A stretch of DNA of 64,000 nt from Gammaproteobacteria bacterium (GTDB lineage Bacteria > Pseudomonadota > Gammaproteobacteria > Arenicellales > JAANXG01), in NCBI GenBank assembly GCA_024638505.1, contig JAHEKE010000018.1:6078-70077 (forward strand), given 5' to 3'. Both the position numbers and the translations under genes were made by a program. Shown here in pieces: positions 52,811 to 62,944 of the stretch (positions are counted from its first letter, which is position 1; the number at the start of each line of letters is the position of its first letter). A model generated the notes under the pieces. It had not been told where the DNA came from, made no database searches, and saw only the letters and a list, made by a program, of their open reading frames with translations.

Positions 52811-54037
52811 GTGATGATGCCCATCGGCCTACCGAAGACTCCGCGGCTTGAAGCCGTTCCCGGCGTTAAGCTGGGCACTGCCAACGCCGGTATCAGCAAA
52901 GCTGAGAGGGATGACGTAGCGCTGATAACTTGCCCTGCCTCCACCGCAGTTGCTGCGGTTTTTACTAACAATCTTTTTTCTGCCGCGCCCGTTACCGTGG
53001 CAAAACAACACTTGAGCAAATGCTCTCCACAGGCACTGTTTATCAACAGCGGTAACGCTAACGCCGCCACTGGTGTGCGGGGAATACAGGATGCGGAAAG
53101 CGTCTGCGAGCGGGTGGCGCAGGAGCTGGGATTAGAGAAATCGGCGGTGTTACCCTTCTCAACTGGGGTTATTGGGTCGAGACTCCCGCTGTCGTCTATG
53201 CTCAAAGCAATACCTGAGTGTATGCACGCCCTGTCGGTAGACAATTGGCTAGCTGCGGCGAAGGCCATGATGACTACAGATACGGTGCCCAAGGGCGTAT
53301 CAAGGCGCTTCACGCTCGGTAATGCGAACATCACTCTCACTGGCATTGCTAAGGGCTCCGGCATGATTCGACCGCAAATGGCGACGATGCTGGGTTTTGT
53401 GGCAATGGATGCAGCGGTAACTCGCCCTGTTCTGCAATTATTGTTACGCCGGGCTGTATCAAAAAGCTTTAACCGAATCACCATTGATGGAGATACATCG
53501 ACCAACGATGCGTGCGTTTTGCTTGCAACCGGGCAGGCAGAAATGGAGGCGATCCAGCATGAGTCTGATCAACGCTTTGCAGAGCTAGAGCGAAACATTG
53601 AGCAGCTGTTTGTAGAGCTGGCGCAGAGTCTCGTCCGAGACGGTGAAGGCGCCACCAAGTTTGTGACTATTGAAGTCGTTGGCGCGGCAACGGATGGGGA
53701 TGCGCAGGGGCTAGCCTTCGCCGTGGCGCACTCACCGCTGGTAAAGACAGCACTGTTTGCCAGTGACCCCAATTGGGGCAGAATTCTCGCCGTGATCGGA
53801 CGGGCTGGCCTCGATCGGCTTGAAATAAACAAAGTGGATGTTTACGTAAATGATGTCGCATTTGTCGTTAATGGGGAGCGCGCCGATACTTATACTGAGG
53901 AGTCCGGCCAAGCGGTGATGGCGCCGGAGGAAATTCACTTGAAGATTTGTTTAGGGTCGGGCAATGCCCGCGGCTTGGTATGGACCACCGATCTGTCCTA
54001 TGACTATGTCAAAATCAATGCCGAATACCGGAGTTGA
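52811..54037 (+). CDS. argJ: Ornithine acetyltransferase/N-acetylglutamate synthase
   Basis: NSGNANA, MTTDT, KGSGMIRPQMATML (autocleavage Thr), DGEGA and INAEYRS. Confidence 0.97.
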   Translation: MMMPIGLPKTPRLEAVPGVKLGTANAGISKAERDDVALITCPASTAVAAVFTNNLFSAAPVTVAKQHLSKCSPQALFINSGNANAATGVRGIQDAESVCERVAQELGLEKSAVLPFSTGVIGSRLPLSSMLKAIPECMHALSVDNWLAAAKAMMTTDTVPKGVSRRFTLGNANITLTGIAKGSGMIRPQMATMLGFVAMDAAVTRPVLQLLLRRAVSKSFNRITIDGDTSTNDACVLLATGQAEMEAIQHESDQRFAELERNIEQLFVELAQSLVRDGEGATKFVTIEVVGAATDGDAQGLAFAVAHSPLVKTALFASDPNWGRILAVIGRAGLDRLEINKVDVYVNDVAFVVNGERADTYTEESGQAVMAPEEIHLKICLGSGNARGLVWTTDLSYDYVKINAEYRS

Positions 54038-54049
54038 ATAAGTTAAGTT

Positions 54050-55015
54050 TTGACCCCTGAGCAAAAGCGCAGCGGTGGTTTGGTCGACGTAGTTGTCGGC
54101 GTCGTATTCAACGAAGCGGGTCAGGTATTGGTCAATCAGCGCACCTACCCAGAGGAGTTTGCGGGGAAATGGGAATTTCCAGGAGGCAAAATCGAGGCCG
54201 GTGAGACGCTTTGCCAGGCCCTGCATCGCGAGCTGTTGGAAGAAGTCAATATAGACATAGCCTCAAGTGAACCCTTGATCTGCATAACCCATCACTATGC
54301 CAGCGCCGCGGTGCGCCTGTTTGTGCGCAAGGTTTCTCACTTTCAGGGGACCCCGCAGGGAAGCGAGGGGCAGAAAATCAAGTGGATTGCACCTGACGAA
54401 CTGTGCAATCTGGATTTTCTAGACGCGAACGAATCAATACTAAACGCAGTTCGCTTACCTCACTATTATTTAATAACCAATGCCGCCAAGTTTGGCCGTA
54501 CTCATACTTTACGAAGGCTGCAAAGCCTTCTGCAAACGCATAAATGCATCGTTCAATTGCGGGAGAAAGACATGCAGCGGCGGGTTTTTGACGAGTTTGC
54601 CAAAAGTGTTATCAGACTTTGTCACAGTCATGCAACGCCGGTTTTGGCCAATGCGAAACCAGAGGTGGCTCTCGACCTTGGATTTGATGGGGTGCATCTC
54701 GATTCTGCCAGCCTTAAGGAATTGACCGTCCGCCCCGCACCGCATGGTTTCTGGGTCGCGGCATCATGCCACAATAGCGGAGAAGTCGAGGCCGCTGAAA
54801 AAATAAAAGTAGATTTCCTTGTCCTTTCACCGGTGGCGCAAACTGAATCGCATCCAGGGGCATCTTCCATGGGCTGGCGACGATTCCAAGAATACTGCTC
54901 CACCGCAAGTATTCCCATCTACGCCCTAGGCGGCCTGCAGTTTGCAGACCTTGCAAAGGCGCGAGAATCTGGAGCGCAGGGAGTTGCCGTGATCCGGGCG
55001 GCATGGAGAAATTAG
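54050..55015 (+). CDS. mutT: 8-oxo-dGTP diphosphatase MutT fused to a thiamine-phosphate-synthase-like domain
   Basis: WEFPGGKIE...RELLEE Nudix box; QLREK, GVHL, ASCH, T.SHP and YALGG TMP-TenI motifs. Confidence 0.9.
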   Translation: MTPEQKRSGGLVDVVVGVVFNEAGQVLVNQRTYPEEFAGKWEFPGGKIEAGETLCQALHRELLEEVNIDIASSEPLICITHHYASAAVRLFVRKVSHFQGTPQGSEGQKIKWIAPDELCNLDFLDANESILNAVRLPHYYLITNAAKFGRTHTLRRLQSLLQTHKCIVQLREKDMQRRVFDEFAKSVIRLCHSHATPVLANAKPEVALDLGFDGVHLDSASLKELTVRPAPHGFWVAASCHNSGEVEAAEKIKVDFLVLSPVAQTESHPGASSMGWRRFQEYCSTASIPIYALGGLQFADLAKARESGAQGVAVIRAAWRN

Positions 55016-55083
55016 GCCCAAACTGATCGCGGCCGTAGATCGATTAGACTATGACCGGGTTTACTATTAAGGCGGCCGTTTTT

Positions 55084-55692
55084 TCAGTCTTCGGTCTCAC
55101 CGCATGTGGCCAGTATACTCCGGTGCGCAGTAAGCACCCTGCCCTCAAGGTCTTTGATAGTTCCGTTGTTAACAATAACGTAATCGGCGGACGCCAACCG
55201 CGTTTGCCGAGTTGTTTGGGTAGATACTATGGCACTAATGTCTGCTTTAGACAGGCCGTTCCGCTTTTCTATCCAGCCGATCCTTTGCTCCTCCGGCGCG
55301 TCAATAACCAATACCTTATCCACCAGTTCAACAAAATCGGTTTCAAACAGCAAAGGCACGACCACGATGCAGTAGGGAGCGTTTAAATCCTGCAGCCGCT
55401 TCAAGACGGCATTTTTAATTCTTGGATGAAGAATCGATTCAAGTGACTTTCTCAAGGAAGAGTCTGAGAAAACAATCTTACCCAGCAGCCTGCGATCGAG
55501 TTTGTTGTCTTGAGTTAGAATCTCTGTACCAAAAGTATCTACAATTTCTGTGAGCACCGGTGAACCAGGGCATACCAGTTCGCGCGCGATGATATCGGTA
55601 TCAATAACAGGCACACCCATATTTTTAAATATGTCAGATACAGTGGTTTTACCGACACCTATCCCCCCGGTTAATCCTATCTTGAGCATCAA
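55084..55692 (-). CDS. coaE: Dephospho-CoA kinase
   Basis: GLTGGIGVGKT, LDRR.LG..VF, HP and PLLFE. Confidence 0.97.
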   Translation of the reverse strand: MMLKIGLTGGIGVGKTTVSDIFKNMGVPVIDTDIIARELVCPGSPVLTEIVDTFGTEILTQDNKLDRRLLGKIVFSDSSLRKSLESILHPRIKNAVLKRLQDLNAPYCIVVVPLLFETDFVELVDKVLVIDAPEEQRIGWIEKRNGLSKADISAIVSTQTTRQTRLASADYVIVNNGTIKDLEGRVLTAHRSILATCGETED

Positions 55693-56561
55693 GTCAATCC
55701 GGTAAATCGAAAGTAAGCATTAACGATATCGTTACCGGCTACGAGTGATATCCATCCCGCTAGACACAAGTAGGGACCAAAAGGAATGGGTGTATCACGG
55801 GTTTTGTTCTGCAGCGCTAAAAGCACGATGCCGGTCACTGCCCCTACCGTTGCTGACAGCAAGACGATCAGCGGGAGCTGCTGCCAACCCAGCCACGCGC
55901 CGAGCATCGCCAGTAGTTTGAAATCACCATACCCCATTCCCTCTTTTCCGGTTAATAGCCTGAATCCATGATAAACCAGCCACAGTGAAACATATCCCGC
56001 AACGGCTCCGTAAATGGCGGAGTACAGATCAGTAAACACGCCCATCGAGTTAATCAATAAGCCAAGCCATATACCCGGCAGCGTAATACTATCCGGCAGA
56101 ATCTGTTCATCTATATCTATGAAGATCAGGGGAATCAGCATCCCGCTTAAAACAATGCCTGCCAACGCGGCATAGGAAAAGCCAAAAGTCCATGCGACGG
56201 CAGAAAAAGTCAGGGCTGTTAACGTCTCAACGACGGGATAGCGCATAGAAATCTTTGTCTTACAGTACCGGCAGCGCCCTCGCAGGAACACAAAGCTGAG
56301 TATGGGTATGTTGTCAATCCAACCTATGTCCTGAGCGCAGTGCGGACATCTTGAGGATGGGCTTAGCAGAGAAATTTCTTTGAGGTCCGAGCGATCCGTT
56401 ATTTCCAGTAGTTCCTCGCACTGCTCAGTCCAGCTGTTTTGCAGCATTTTTGGCAGTCTATGGATGACAACGTTGAAAAAACTGCCAAACAGCAGGCCGA
56501 GTATGGCGACGCAGCTCACGTACAGAGGTTGGTTTGTACTGAACAGATTAATCAGTTCCAT
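55689..56561 (-). CDS. pilD: Prepilin peptidase/N-methyltransferase
   Basis: GSFFNVVIHRLP, CPHC...CRYC, GMGYGDFKL and IPFGPYL. Confidence 0.97.
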   Translation of the reverse strand: MELINLFSTNQPLYVSCVAILGLLFGSFFNVVIHRLPKMLQNSWTEQCEELLEITDRSDLKEISLLSPSSRCPHCAQDIGWIDNIPILSFVFLRGRCRYCKTKISMRYPVVETLTALTFSAVAWTFGFSYAALAGIVLSGMLIPLIFIDIDEQILPDSITLPGIWLGLLINSMGVFTDLYSAIYGAVAGYVSLWLVYHGFRLLTGKEGMGYGDFKLLAMLGAWLGWQQLPLIVLLSATVGAVTGIVLLALQNKTRDTPIPFGPYLCLAGWISLVAGNDIVNAYFRFTGLT

Positions 56562-56667
56562 GAAAGAATAACCGGGGTGTAAAAGGACCTTACAAGTTTA
56601 CTAAAGCTCAGAGATGAGCCATAGACAGCGCGCCGCCGCTTTTTTTTTGAGGGGGAGAGCCTTCGCC

Positions 56668-57891
56668 TTAGAAGACCGCAGCCATCTTGAATATAGGCAA
56701 GTACATGGCCACGACAACCGTACCGACGATAACACCCAGCATGACGATCATTATCGGTTCGATCAGGCTGCTCAATGCTGCCACAGCGTCATCAACTTCA
56801 CGCTCATAGAACTCAGCCACCTTCATCAACATCAATTCGAGTTCGCCAGATTCTTCACCGCTTGACACCATTTGCAGCACCATGCTCGGAAACAGCTTGG
56901 ATTCGGCCATTGACACTTCGAGTGAGCGGCCGGTACTCACTTCGCTGCGAATCTCCAAGATGCCCTGATCATAAACTCGGTTTCCGGCAGCAACAGCCAC
57001 GGTCTCCAAAGCATCAACCAGCGGTACGCCGGCGCCAAACATCGTTGATAGGGTGCGAGCGACCCGGGATATTATGGCTTTGCGCACAACGACCCCAAAA
57101 ATCGGCAACCTCAGCAGTATACGATCCAGAGCAAACTGCATCTTCGGCGATCTCTTATAGAGATAAGTTAATCCGACAACGGTACCAATCAATATCCCGA
57201 AAACGACGTACCAGTATGATTGGAACCAACGTGAAGCGTCCACAATCATGCGCGTCAGCGTCGGGAGGTCTCCACCGAAGTTCTTAAAAAGGTTTTCGAA
57301 TTGCGGTATGACGAAAATCAATAGAACTGTAACCACCACAATAGCTACAACCAGTACTGCCGAAGGATAGAGTAGTGCCGAACGTATTTTACTTTTTATC
57401 GCTTCAATCTTTTCTTTGTAAGTGGCGACTTTTTCCAGCAGAATATCCAGCGTTCCAGATTGTTCTCCGGCAGAGACTAAAGCGGTGTACAAGCGATCAA
57501 AGTGAACAGGGTATCGGCTGAGGGAATCACTTAAGCTGGTGCCGGATTCTACCTCTTGACGCACTGAGGTTAACAGCTCCTGCACGCTCGGGTTATCGTG
57601 CCCCCGGGCCAGCGCTTCTATGGATTGAGCAACTGGAATACCAGCGCCGATCATGGTGGCCAGCTGCCTGGTTACGAAGGTTATGTCTTTCGCCGTTATT
57701 CGACGCTTTGGTTGAAAGATTGGCCTTGATTTTTTTCGGACTTTAGTGGCGCGTATACCCTGCCGACGCAGGGTGGCTTTGACGAAAGCCGCGTTGGGAG
57801 CTTCGTTATCGCCCTTCAGACGACGGCCGCGGCCGTCAGTGCCCTCCCACACGAATTGCTGAAGTTTACGAGCGCGCGCTTGCTTGGCCAT
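56668..57891 (-). CDS. pilC: Type IV pilus platform protein PilC
   Basis: TRQLATM..AG, GEQSG, GEESG and MYLPIF. Confidence 0.96.
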   Translation of the reverse strand: MAKQARARKLQQFVWEGTDGRGRRLKGDNEAPNAAFVKATLRRQGIRATKVRKKSRPIFQPKRRITAKDITFVTRQLATMIGAGIPVAQSIEALARGHDNPSVQELLTSVRQEVESGTSLSDSLSRYPVHFDRLYTALVSAGEQSGTLDILLEKVATYKEKIEAIKSKIRSALLYPSAVLVVAIVVVTVLLIFVIPQFENLFKNFGGDLPTLTRMIVDASRWFQSYWYVVFGILIGTVVGLTYLYKRSPKMQFALDRILLRLPIFGVVVRKAIISRVARTLSTMFGAGVPLVDALETVAVAAGNRVYDQGILEIRSEVSTGRSLEVSMAESKLFPSMVLQMVSSGEESGELELMLMKVAEFYEREVDDAVAALSSLIEPIMIVMLGVIVGTVVVAMYLPIFKMAAVF

Positions 57892-57894
57892 AAC

Positions 57895-59613
57895 CTAAAG
57901 ATTAGTCGCTCTTTCAATTTCTTCAAGGCTGGTGACCCCATCCACTACCTTCTGCAGACCGGATTGCCTTAAGTCCGTTACTCCCTCCTCTCGCGCCAGC
58001 TCTACCAGATCAAGCTCGTTGCAACCACGCATAATGAGATCGCCCATTTTTTCGTTTACGGGCATAACTTGAAAGACTCCTATTCTGCCTTTGTAACCAG
58101 AAGTACAGGCATCACAGTCATTCGGAGCGAATAGTTTTAAACCCTCTAACTGATCCTCTCGAAATCCAGCGGAGAGCAGCGCATGTTCCGGGACCTCGAT
58201 CTCCTTTTTGCAGTTTTCACACAGCTTTCTTATCAGGCGCTGAGCCATGATCAGATGGACCGACGAGGCGACGTTAAAAGGCGCCACTCCCATGTTCAAC
58301 ATACGAGTAAGGGTTGACGGCGCATCATTGGTGTGCAGAGTTGATAAAACCAAATGTCCGGTCTGAGAGGCTTTAATTGCGATATCAGCCGTTTCGAGGT
58401 CACGAATCTCGCCGACCATTATCACGTCGGGGTCTTGTCGTAGAAAGGCGCGCAGGGCTGTGGCAAAGGTCAAGTTGGCCTTCTCGTTGATCGTGACCTG
58501 ATTGATCCCCGCCAGGTTGATTTCTACCGGGTCTTCCACCGTCGATACATTGCGCTCAGTTGAATTGAGCATATTCAACGCCGTGTATAATGAAACCGTT
58601 TTACCACTGCCGGTAGGTCCGGTTACCAGGATCATGCCGTACGGGCGATCAATGGCGTCTACATACAGCTGCTTTTGCTGCTGGCTCATACCGAGATTTT
58701 CCAGTTCCAGAATAGCCGCACTCGCATCCAGAATACGGATAACCGCCTTTTCACCGAAAAGCGTCGGCAGGGTACTCACACGAAAGTCAATAGACTTGTT
58801 TTTGGACAGACGTAATTTCATTCGCCCGTCTTGCGGGGCACGTCGTTCCGCTATGTCCAATCTTGATAGTATCTTTACCCGCGCGACGATTCGCCCTGCT
58901 AGAGCTAGAGGTGGAGCTGCGATTTCATGAAGCACGCCATCTACCCGGAAACGCACTCGAAATTTTTTCTCATAGGGCTCCATGTGAATATCTGAAGCAC
59001 CTTTCTTAATTGCATCCAGCAGCATCTTGTTGACAAAGCGAACAATTGGGGTGTCGATCTGTTCGACATCGGCATCCTTGGTGGAAGCTTTATCATCCTC
59101 GGAGGATATATCAATGTCATCAAGCGCTTCACTATCGTCGTCGAGGTCTTCGAACGTTGTGTCGTTATCTTCGAGCGTCTTTTCAATAGCTGCTTCAAGC
59201 TGCTTGATATCGATTAGGACAGGCTCAACCCCGAGTCCCGTATGGAACTTGATCTCATCGAGGGCGTGGGAATTCGTTGGGTCTGATACGGCGACATAAA
59301 TTTTTGCCCCGCGTTTATAGATTGGTAAGACCCGATGTTTCTCGATGAGCTTGTCTTCCAGCAAAGAGATGGGAGCATGTTCCAGGTCAATGGCTTTAAT
59401 ATCAAAAAGGGGTATGCCAAACTCATCTGATGCGCATCGCGTGAGCAACTTATTGTCGGTATGCTTGCTCTCGGCAGCCTCGGTGAAGAACGAACAATGG
59501 TGCTTGGCTGCCTTTGCCTGCAGCTCTTCAGCCTTTTCTTCATCCAAGATACCCTGCCGCACCATTCGATGGGCAAGGCCGCTTAATGGGATCTTGCTAA
59601 CTGGGGTTGCCAT
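57895..59613 (-). CDS. pilB: Type IV pilus assembly ATPase PilB
   Basis: ASDIH, PQDGR, Walker A GPTGSGKT, RQDPD, TGH..LSTLH and tetracysteine motif. Confidence 0.97.
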   Translation of the reverse strand: MATPVSKIPLSGLAHRMVRQGILDEEKAEELQAKAAKHHCSFFTEAAESKHTDNKLLTRCASDEFGIPLFDIKAIDLEHAPISLLEDKLIEKHRVLPIYKRGAKIYVAVSDPTNSHALDEIKFHTGLGVEPVLIDIKQLEAAIEKTLEDNDTTFEDLDDDSEALDDIDISSEDDKASTKDADVEQIDTPIVRFVNKMLLDAIKKGASDIHMEPYEKKFRVRFRVDGVLHEIAAPPLALAGRIVARVKILSRLDIAERRAPQDGRMKLRLSKNKSIDFRVSTLPTLFGEKAVIRILDASAAILELENLGMSQQQKQLYVDAIDRPYGMILVTGPTGSGKTVSLYTALNMLNSTERNVSTVEDPVEINLAGINQVTINEKANLTFATALRAFLRQDPDVIMVGEIRDLETADIAIKASQTGHLVLSTLHTNDAPSTLTRMLNMGVAPFNVASSVHLIMAQRLIRKLCENCKKEIEVPEHALLSAGFREDQLEGLKLFAPNDCDACTSGYKGRIGVFQVMPVNEKMGDLIMRGCNELDLVELAREEGVTDLRQSGLQKVVDGVTSLEEIERATNL

Positions 59614-59768
59614 GACGCCAATCTTTTTTGAGTAACCTACTAAACTATAGCAAATAATAATGATTTTGCTGGGGACCTTGACGCGGACAACACCTTGAGT
59701 TACTTAACTTTTTTTACATTCAAGACTTAATACGACATGATGCAAAGCGAGAAAGACGCCGCGGGGTC

Positions 59769-59777
59769 GGGGGGGGG
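59769..59777 (+). repeat. G9 homopolymer 3 nt upstream of the GT2 start codon
   Basis: ...TC-GGGGGGGGG-ACA-ATG read directly from the sequence. Confidence 0.9.
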
Positions 59778-59780
59778 ACA

Positions 59781-60674
59781 ATGAGCCTGAGCATTGTGCT
59801 TCCTGCGTACAATGAAGGAGCAATCATTGGAACCATCGTCCAGCGACTTAAGGAGGTCTATCCTGAAGCCGAAATAATCGTAATCGATGACCATTCCGAG
59901 GATGACACCGCGAATAAGGCGCAGCAAGCTGGAGCGCGGGTGGTGAGCCATCACTATAACATGGGTAATGGTGCAGCCATCAAAACAGGCGCGCGTCATG
60001 CTTCCGGCGATGTGATTGTGTTTATGGACGGAGACGGCCAGCACGACGATCGAGATATTGCGGAACTGTTGCGGAAAATCGCGGAGGGTTTCGAGTTGGT
60101 GGTCGGGGCTCGCGCCCCGGACACACAGGCGAATTGGGTCAGAAGAATCGGCAATGGGATACTGAACAAATTCGCTTCGATGATGACAGGTTTTCACATC
60201 ATGGACTTAACCTCAGGGTTTCGCGCAGTGCGCAGGAAAACGTTCGAAGATTTTATCTATCTGCTGCCAAACGGCTATTCTTATCCAACAACATCGACAA
60301 TGGCCTACTTGCGATCAGGCCTATCCGTCAACTACGTGCCGATCAGGGCGCGCTCCAGAGTGGGTAAAAGCAAAATTAATCTTGCCAGAGATGGCGTCAG
60401 GTTTTTGGTTATCGTAATGAAAGTGACCACACTGTTCTCTCCCATGCGCTTGTTTTTGCCGGTAAGCGTGGTGTTTTTCCTGCTTGGTCTGGGCAGGTAT
60501 CTGTATTTTTACATGCAAACTAACCAGTTCTCTAATATGGCGGGCGTGCTGTTCGTTACGTCGGTGCTGATTTTTCTGATCGGTTTGGTTTCAGAGCAGG
60601 TGACGGCGCTGCACTATGCTTCGTCGCGCAGGCGCTCCGTAAGCTTGGATCGGTATCACGCCGGGTCGAACTAG
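59781..60674 (+). CDS. GT2 glycosyltransferase, polyprenol-phosphate sugar synthase (DPM1/GtrB)-like
   Basis: IVLPAYNE, IDDHSED, MDGDGQH, DLTSGFR and two C-terminal TM helices. Confidence 0.9.
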   Translation: MSLSIVLPAYNEGAIIGTIVQRLKEVYPEAEIIVIDDHSEDDTANKAQQAGARVVSHHYNMGNGAAIKTGARHASGDVIVFMDGDGQHDDRDIAELLRKIAEGFELVVGARAPDTQANWVRRIGNGILNKFASMMTGFHIMDLTSGFRAVRRKTFEDFIYLLPNGYSYPTTSTMAYLRSGLSVNYVPIRARSRVGKSKINLARDGVRFLVIVMKVTTLFSPMRLFLPVSVVFFLLGLGRYLYFYMQTNQFSNMAGVLFVTSVLIFLIGLVSEQVTALHYASSRRRSVSLDRYHAGSN

Positions 60675-60714
60675 CAACTCAACTTCAACAACGCGAAAAC
60701 ACTCAGTCAAGGCT

Positions 60715-61869
60715 ATGCGTGATGAATTTTTAGTATTCGGAGCCCCGCAAATCGAACAGGCCGAAATCGACGAAGTCGTGGCAACCCTAAAGTCCCGCTG
60801 GATAGGTACTGGTCCGCGCGTGGCTCGCTTCGAGCGGGATTTTGCTGCCTACAAGGCCATCGACCACGATCAGGTAGCCGCAGTCGGTTCAGGTACCGCA
60901 GCTTTACATCTCAGTTTGATTGCCGCCAATGTTGGGCCGGGGGATGAAGTGATTACCACCGCAATGACTTTTTGCGCATCGGTTAATGCCATTATTCATG
61001 CGGGCGCTACGCCGGTCCTGGTAGACATAGATCCTGAATCGCGAAACATGGATCCGGCAGCTGTAGTTGCGGCAATAACTCCAAAAACGCGAGCGATATT
61101 ACCCGTTCATTTCGCGGGTTATCCGTGTGATATGACTGCCATCATGGCTATTGCCAAAGATAACGATTTGAAGGTTATAGAAGACTGTGCGCATGCCATT
61201 GAATCAGAAGTCAACGGTCACAAGATCGGGACTTTAGGAGATTTCGGCTGTTTCAGCTTTTACGCAACGAAAAACCTGGTGACGGGTGAAGGTGGTATGA
61301 TTTTGGCATCTAATGCGGATTCCATAAATCGTATCAAGCAGTTGGCACTGCATGGACTTTCGCATGACGCCTGGAAACGTTTTAGCGATGCCGGGCATAA
61401 GCATTACTTTGTCGAAGAGTGCGGTTTTAAGTACAATATGATGGACTTGCAGGCGGCACTGGGTATCCACCAATTGGCGCGCATCGAGAGCAACTGGGAG
61501 AAACGTCGTACTATCTGGCGAACCTACCAAAGGGTTTTTAAGGAACTGCCAATTGCGTTACCGGTGGACCCTGGGGAAAACTTTCGTCACGCGTATCATC
61601 TCTACATTGTCACGCTAAATGACTCCGCTCCTGTATCAAGGGACGAGTTTCTGAGTTCCATGATTGAAAGAAAGGTTGGCATTGGTGTGCACTATTTGGC
61701 AATCCCAGAGCATCCTTACTATCAAAGAGCCTACGGGTGGAAGACCCAAGATTATCCTCATGCAACAAGATTCGGCAGATCTTGCGTGAGTTTGCCTCTG
61801 TCAACGAGTCTATTGAATAAAGATGTCGAAGATGTAACAAGTGCTGTAGTCGAGATTCTCTCTAAGTAA
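60715..61869 (+). CDS. DegT/DnrJ/EryC1/StrS PLP-dependent sugar aminotransferase
   Basis: SGTAALHL, PVHFAG, IEDCAHA, SFYATKN (PLP Lys), GEGG and GFKYNM. Confidence 0.93.
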   Translation: MRDEFLVFGAPQIEQAEIDEVVATLKSRWIGTGPRVARFERDFAAYKAIDHDQVAAVGSGTAALHLSLIAANVGPGDEVITTAMTFCASVNAIIHAGATPVLVDIDPESRNMDPAAVVAAITPKTRAILPVHFAGYPCDMTAIMAIAKDNDLKVIEDCAHAIESEVNGHKIGTLGDFGCFSFYATKNLVTGEGGMILASNADSINRIKQLALHGLSHDAWKRFSDAGHKHYFVEECGFKYNMMDLQAALGIHQLARIESNWEKRRTIWRTYQRVFKELPIALPVDPGENFRHAYHLYIVTLNDSAPVSRDEFLSSMIERKVGIGVHYLAIPEHPYYQRAYGWKTQDYPHATRFGRSCVSLPLSTSLLNKDVEDVTSAVVEILSK

Positions 61870-61997
61870 GCACCCGGGCGGTATACTACAGGAAAACACG
61901 TCTCCGGCATGATACGAGGCCATGCTAAGTAGAAAACCAGATGCAGTGTTAAAATTATTGACCGCCTTGCTGCTGAGATATCTATTCGGTCCACAAA

Positions 61998-62933
61998 GTG
62001 AGCATGTTAAAGAACATTGCTTGGCTTAGTCTACGTCGAGTCAACAATTTGCTGAGTACTTTCGATCCTTACCTCTCTCAAAGCGGTCCATCGGTGGGGG
62101 CTCCTTTGTTCATAGTTGGGGCACCTCGTTCAGGAACAACTTTGACGTATCAAGTGATTACCCAGCAACTGCGTGTCGGCTATTTTACCAGCATTATGAA
62201 CTACTTCTACGGCGCTCCAAACTTAGTTAGTAGAGTATTGAAACCCTTCTACAACCGGCCCGCTCCAATATTTAGTTCGACTTTCGGAAAAACTGACAAA
62301 ATCTTATCGCCTGCTGAGAATGCAAACTTCTGGTTTCAGTGGTTTCCTAGGGACAGTAAACAAGGTCATTACGTTGATCCAGTTGATCTACAATTGGAAT
62401 TCTACAAAGACCTGATCGCCAGCGTCGGCTCAATCTCCTGCATTAATGAAAAACCTATGGTATTTAAGAATCTTTATCTCTCTATGGTTGTGGGCGCACT
62501 GGCTCAGATTTTCGCGGATGCTAGATTTATTTTTGTGCGCAGGGATCGAATCTACACTTGCCAGTCTTTGTTTAAGGCGCGACTTAAAAAAACTAAACCA
62601 GAAAATTGGTGGTCGATAAAAGTCCCACAATACCGTAAGTTACTGTCTATGCCACTTTGGTACCAGGTCGTGGATCAAGTGGTTTGTACAGAGAACATTA
62701 TTCAGGATGACTTAGATCGGTTTGCGCCTAGCAGATATATGACAATAAGCTATGAGGACTTATGTGCGCAGCCACAGCACGTGATCCGCTCCATTGGAGA
62801 ATGGCTTAGTCGCGTTGGTTATGTGGCATACGCTGATGTTCGCCTGCCTGAGCGATTTTGCGTGTCTAGGGAAAAAACTCTGTCAGACGATCTTGTAGAG
62901 AAAATGAGTAAGAGGCTCGAGAGCTTGCGATAA
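61998..62933 (+). CDS. PAPS-dependent sulfotransferase
   Basis: 5'-PSB motif FIVGAPRSGTT; 3'-PB motif FIFVRRD...QS; YEDLC..P. Confidence 0.88.
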   Translation: MSMLKNIAWLSLRRVNNLLSTFDPYLSQSGPSVGAPLFIVGAPRSGTTLTYQVITQQLRVGYFTSIMNYFYGAPNLVSRVLKPFYNRPAPIFSSTFGKTDKILSPAENANFWFQWFPRDSKQGHYVDPVDLQLEFYKDLIASVGSISCINEKPMVFKNLYLSMVVGALAQIFADARFIFVRRDRIYTCQSLFKARLKKTKPENWWSIKVPQYRKLLSMPLWYQVVDQVVCTENIIQDDLDRFAPSRYMTISYEDLCAQPQHVIRSIGEWLSRVGYVAYADVRLPERFCVSREKTLSDDLVEKMSKRLESLR

Positions 62934-62944
62934 GATTATCCAGG

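Noticed and set aside
54050-55015. MutT-thiamine phosphate synthase-like fusion as a novelty
   Set aside because: This fusion is already well known after secA/argJ in many gamma- and betaproteobacteria.
56627-56648. AGCGCGCCGCCGCT plus T-run as a plus-strand (antisense) terminator between pilD and pilC
   Set aside because: The stem is only 4-5 bp, and no plus-strand gene ends here.
59480-59613. c-di-GMP-binding MshEN motif in PilB
   Set aside because: The RLGxxL motifs are degenerate (SGLAHRMV), as in non-binding PilB proteins.
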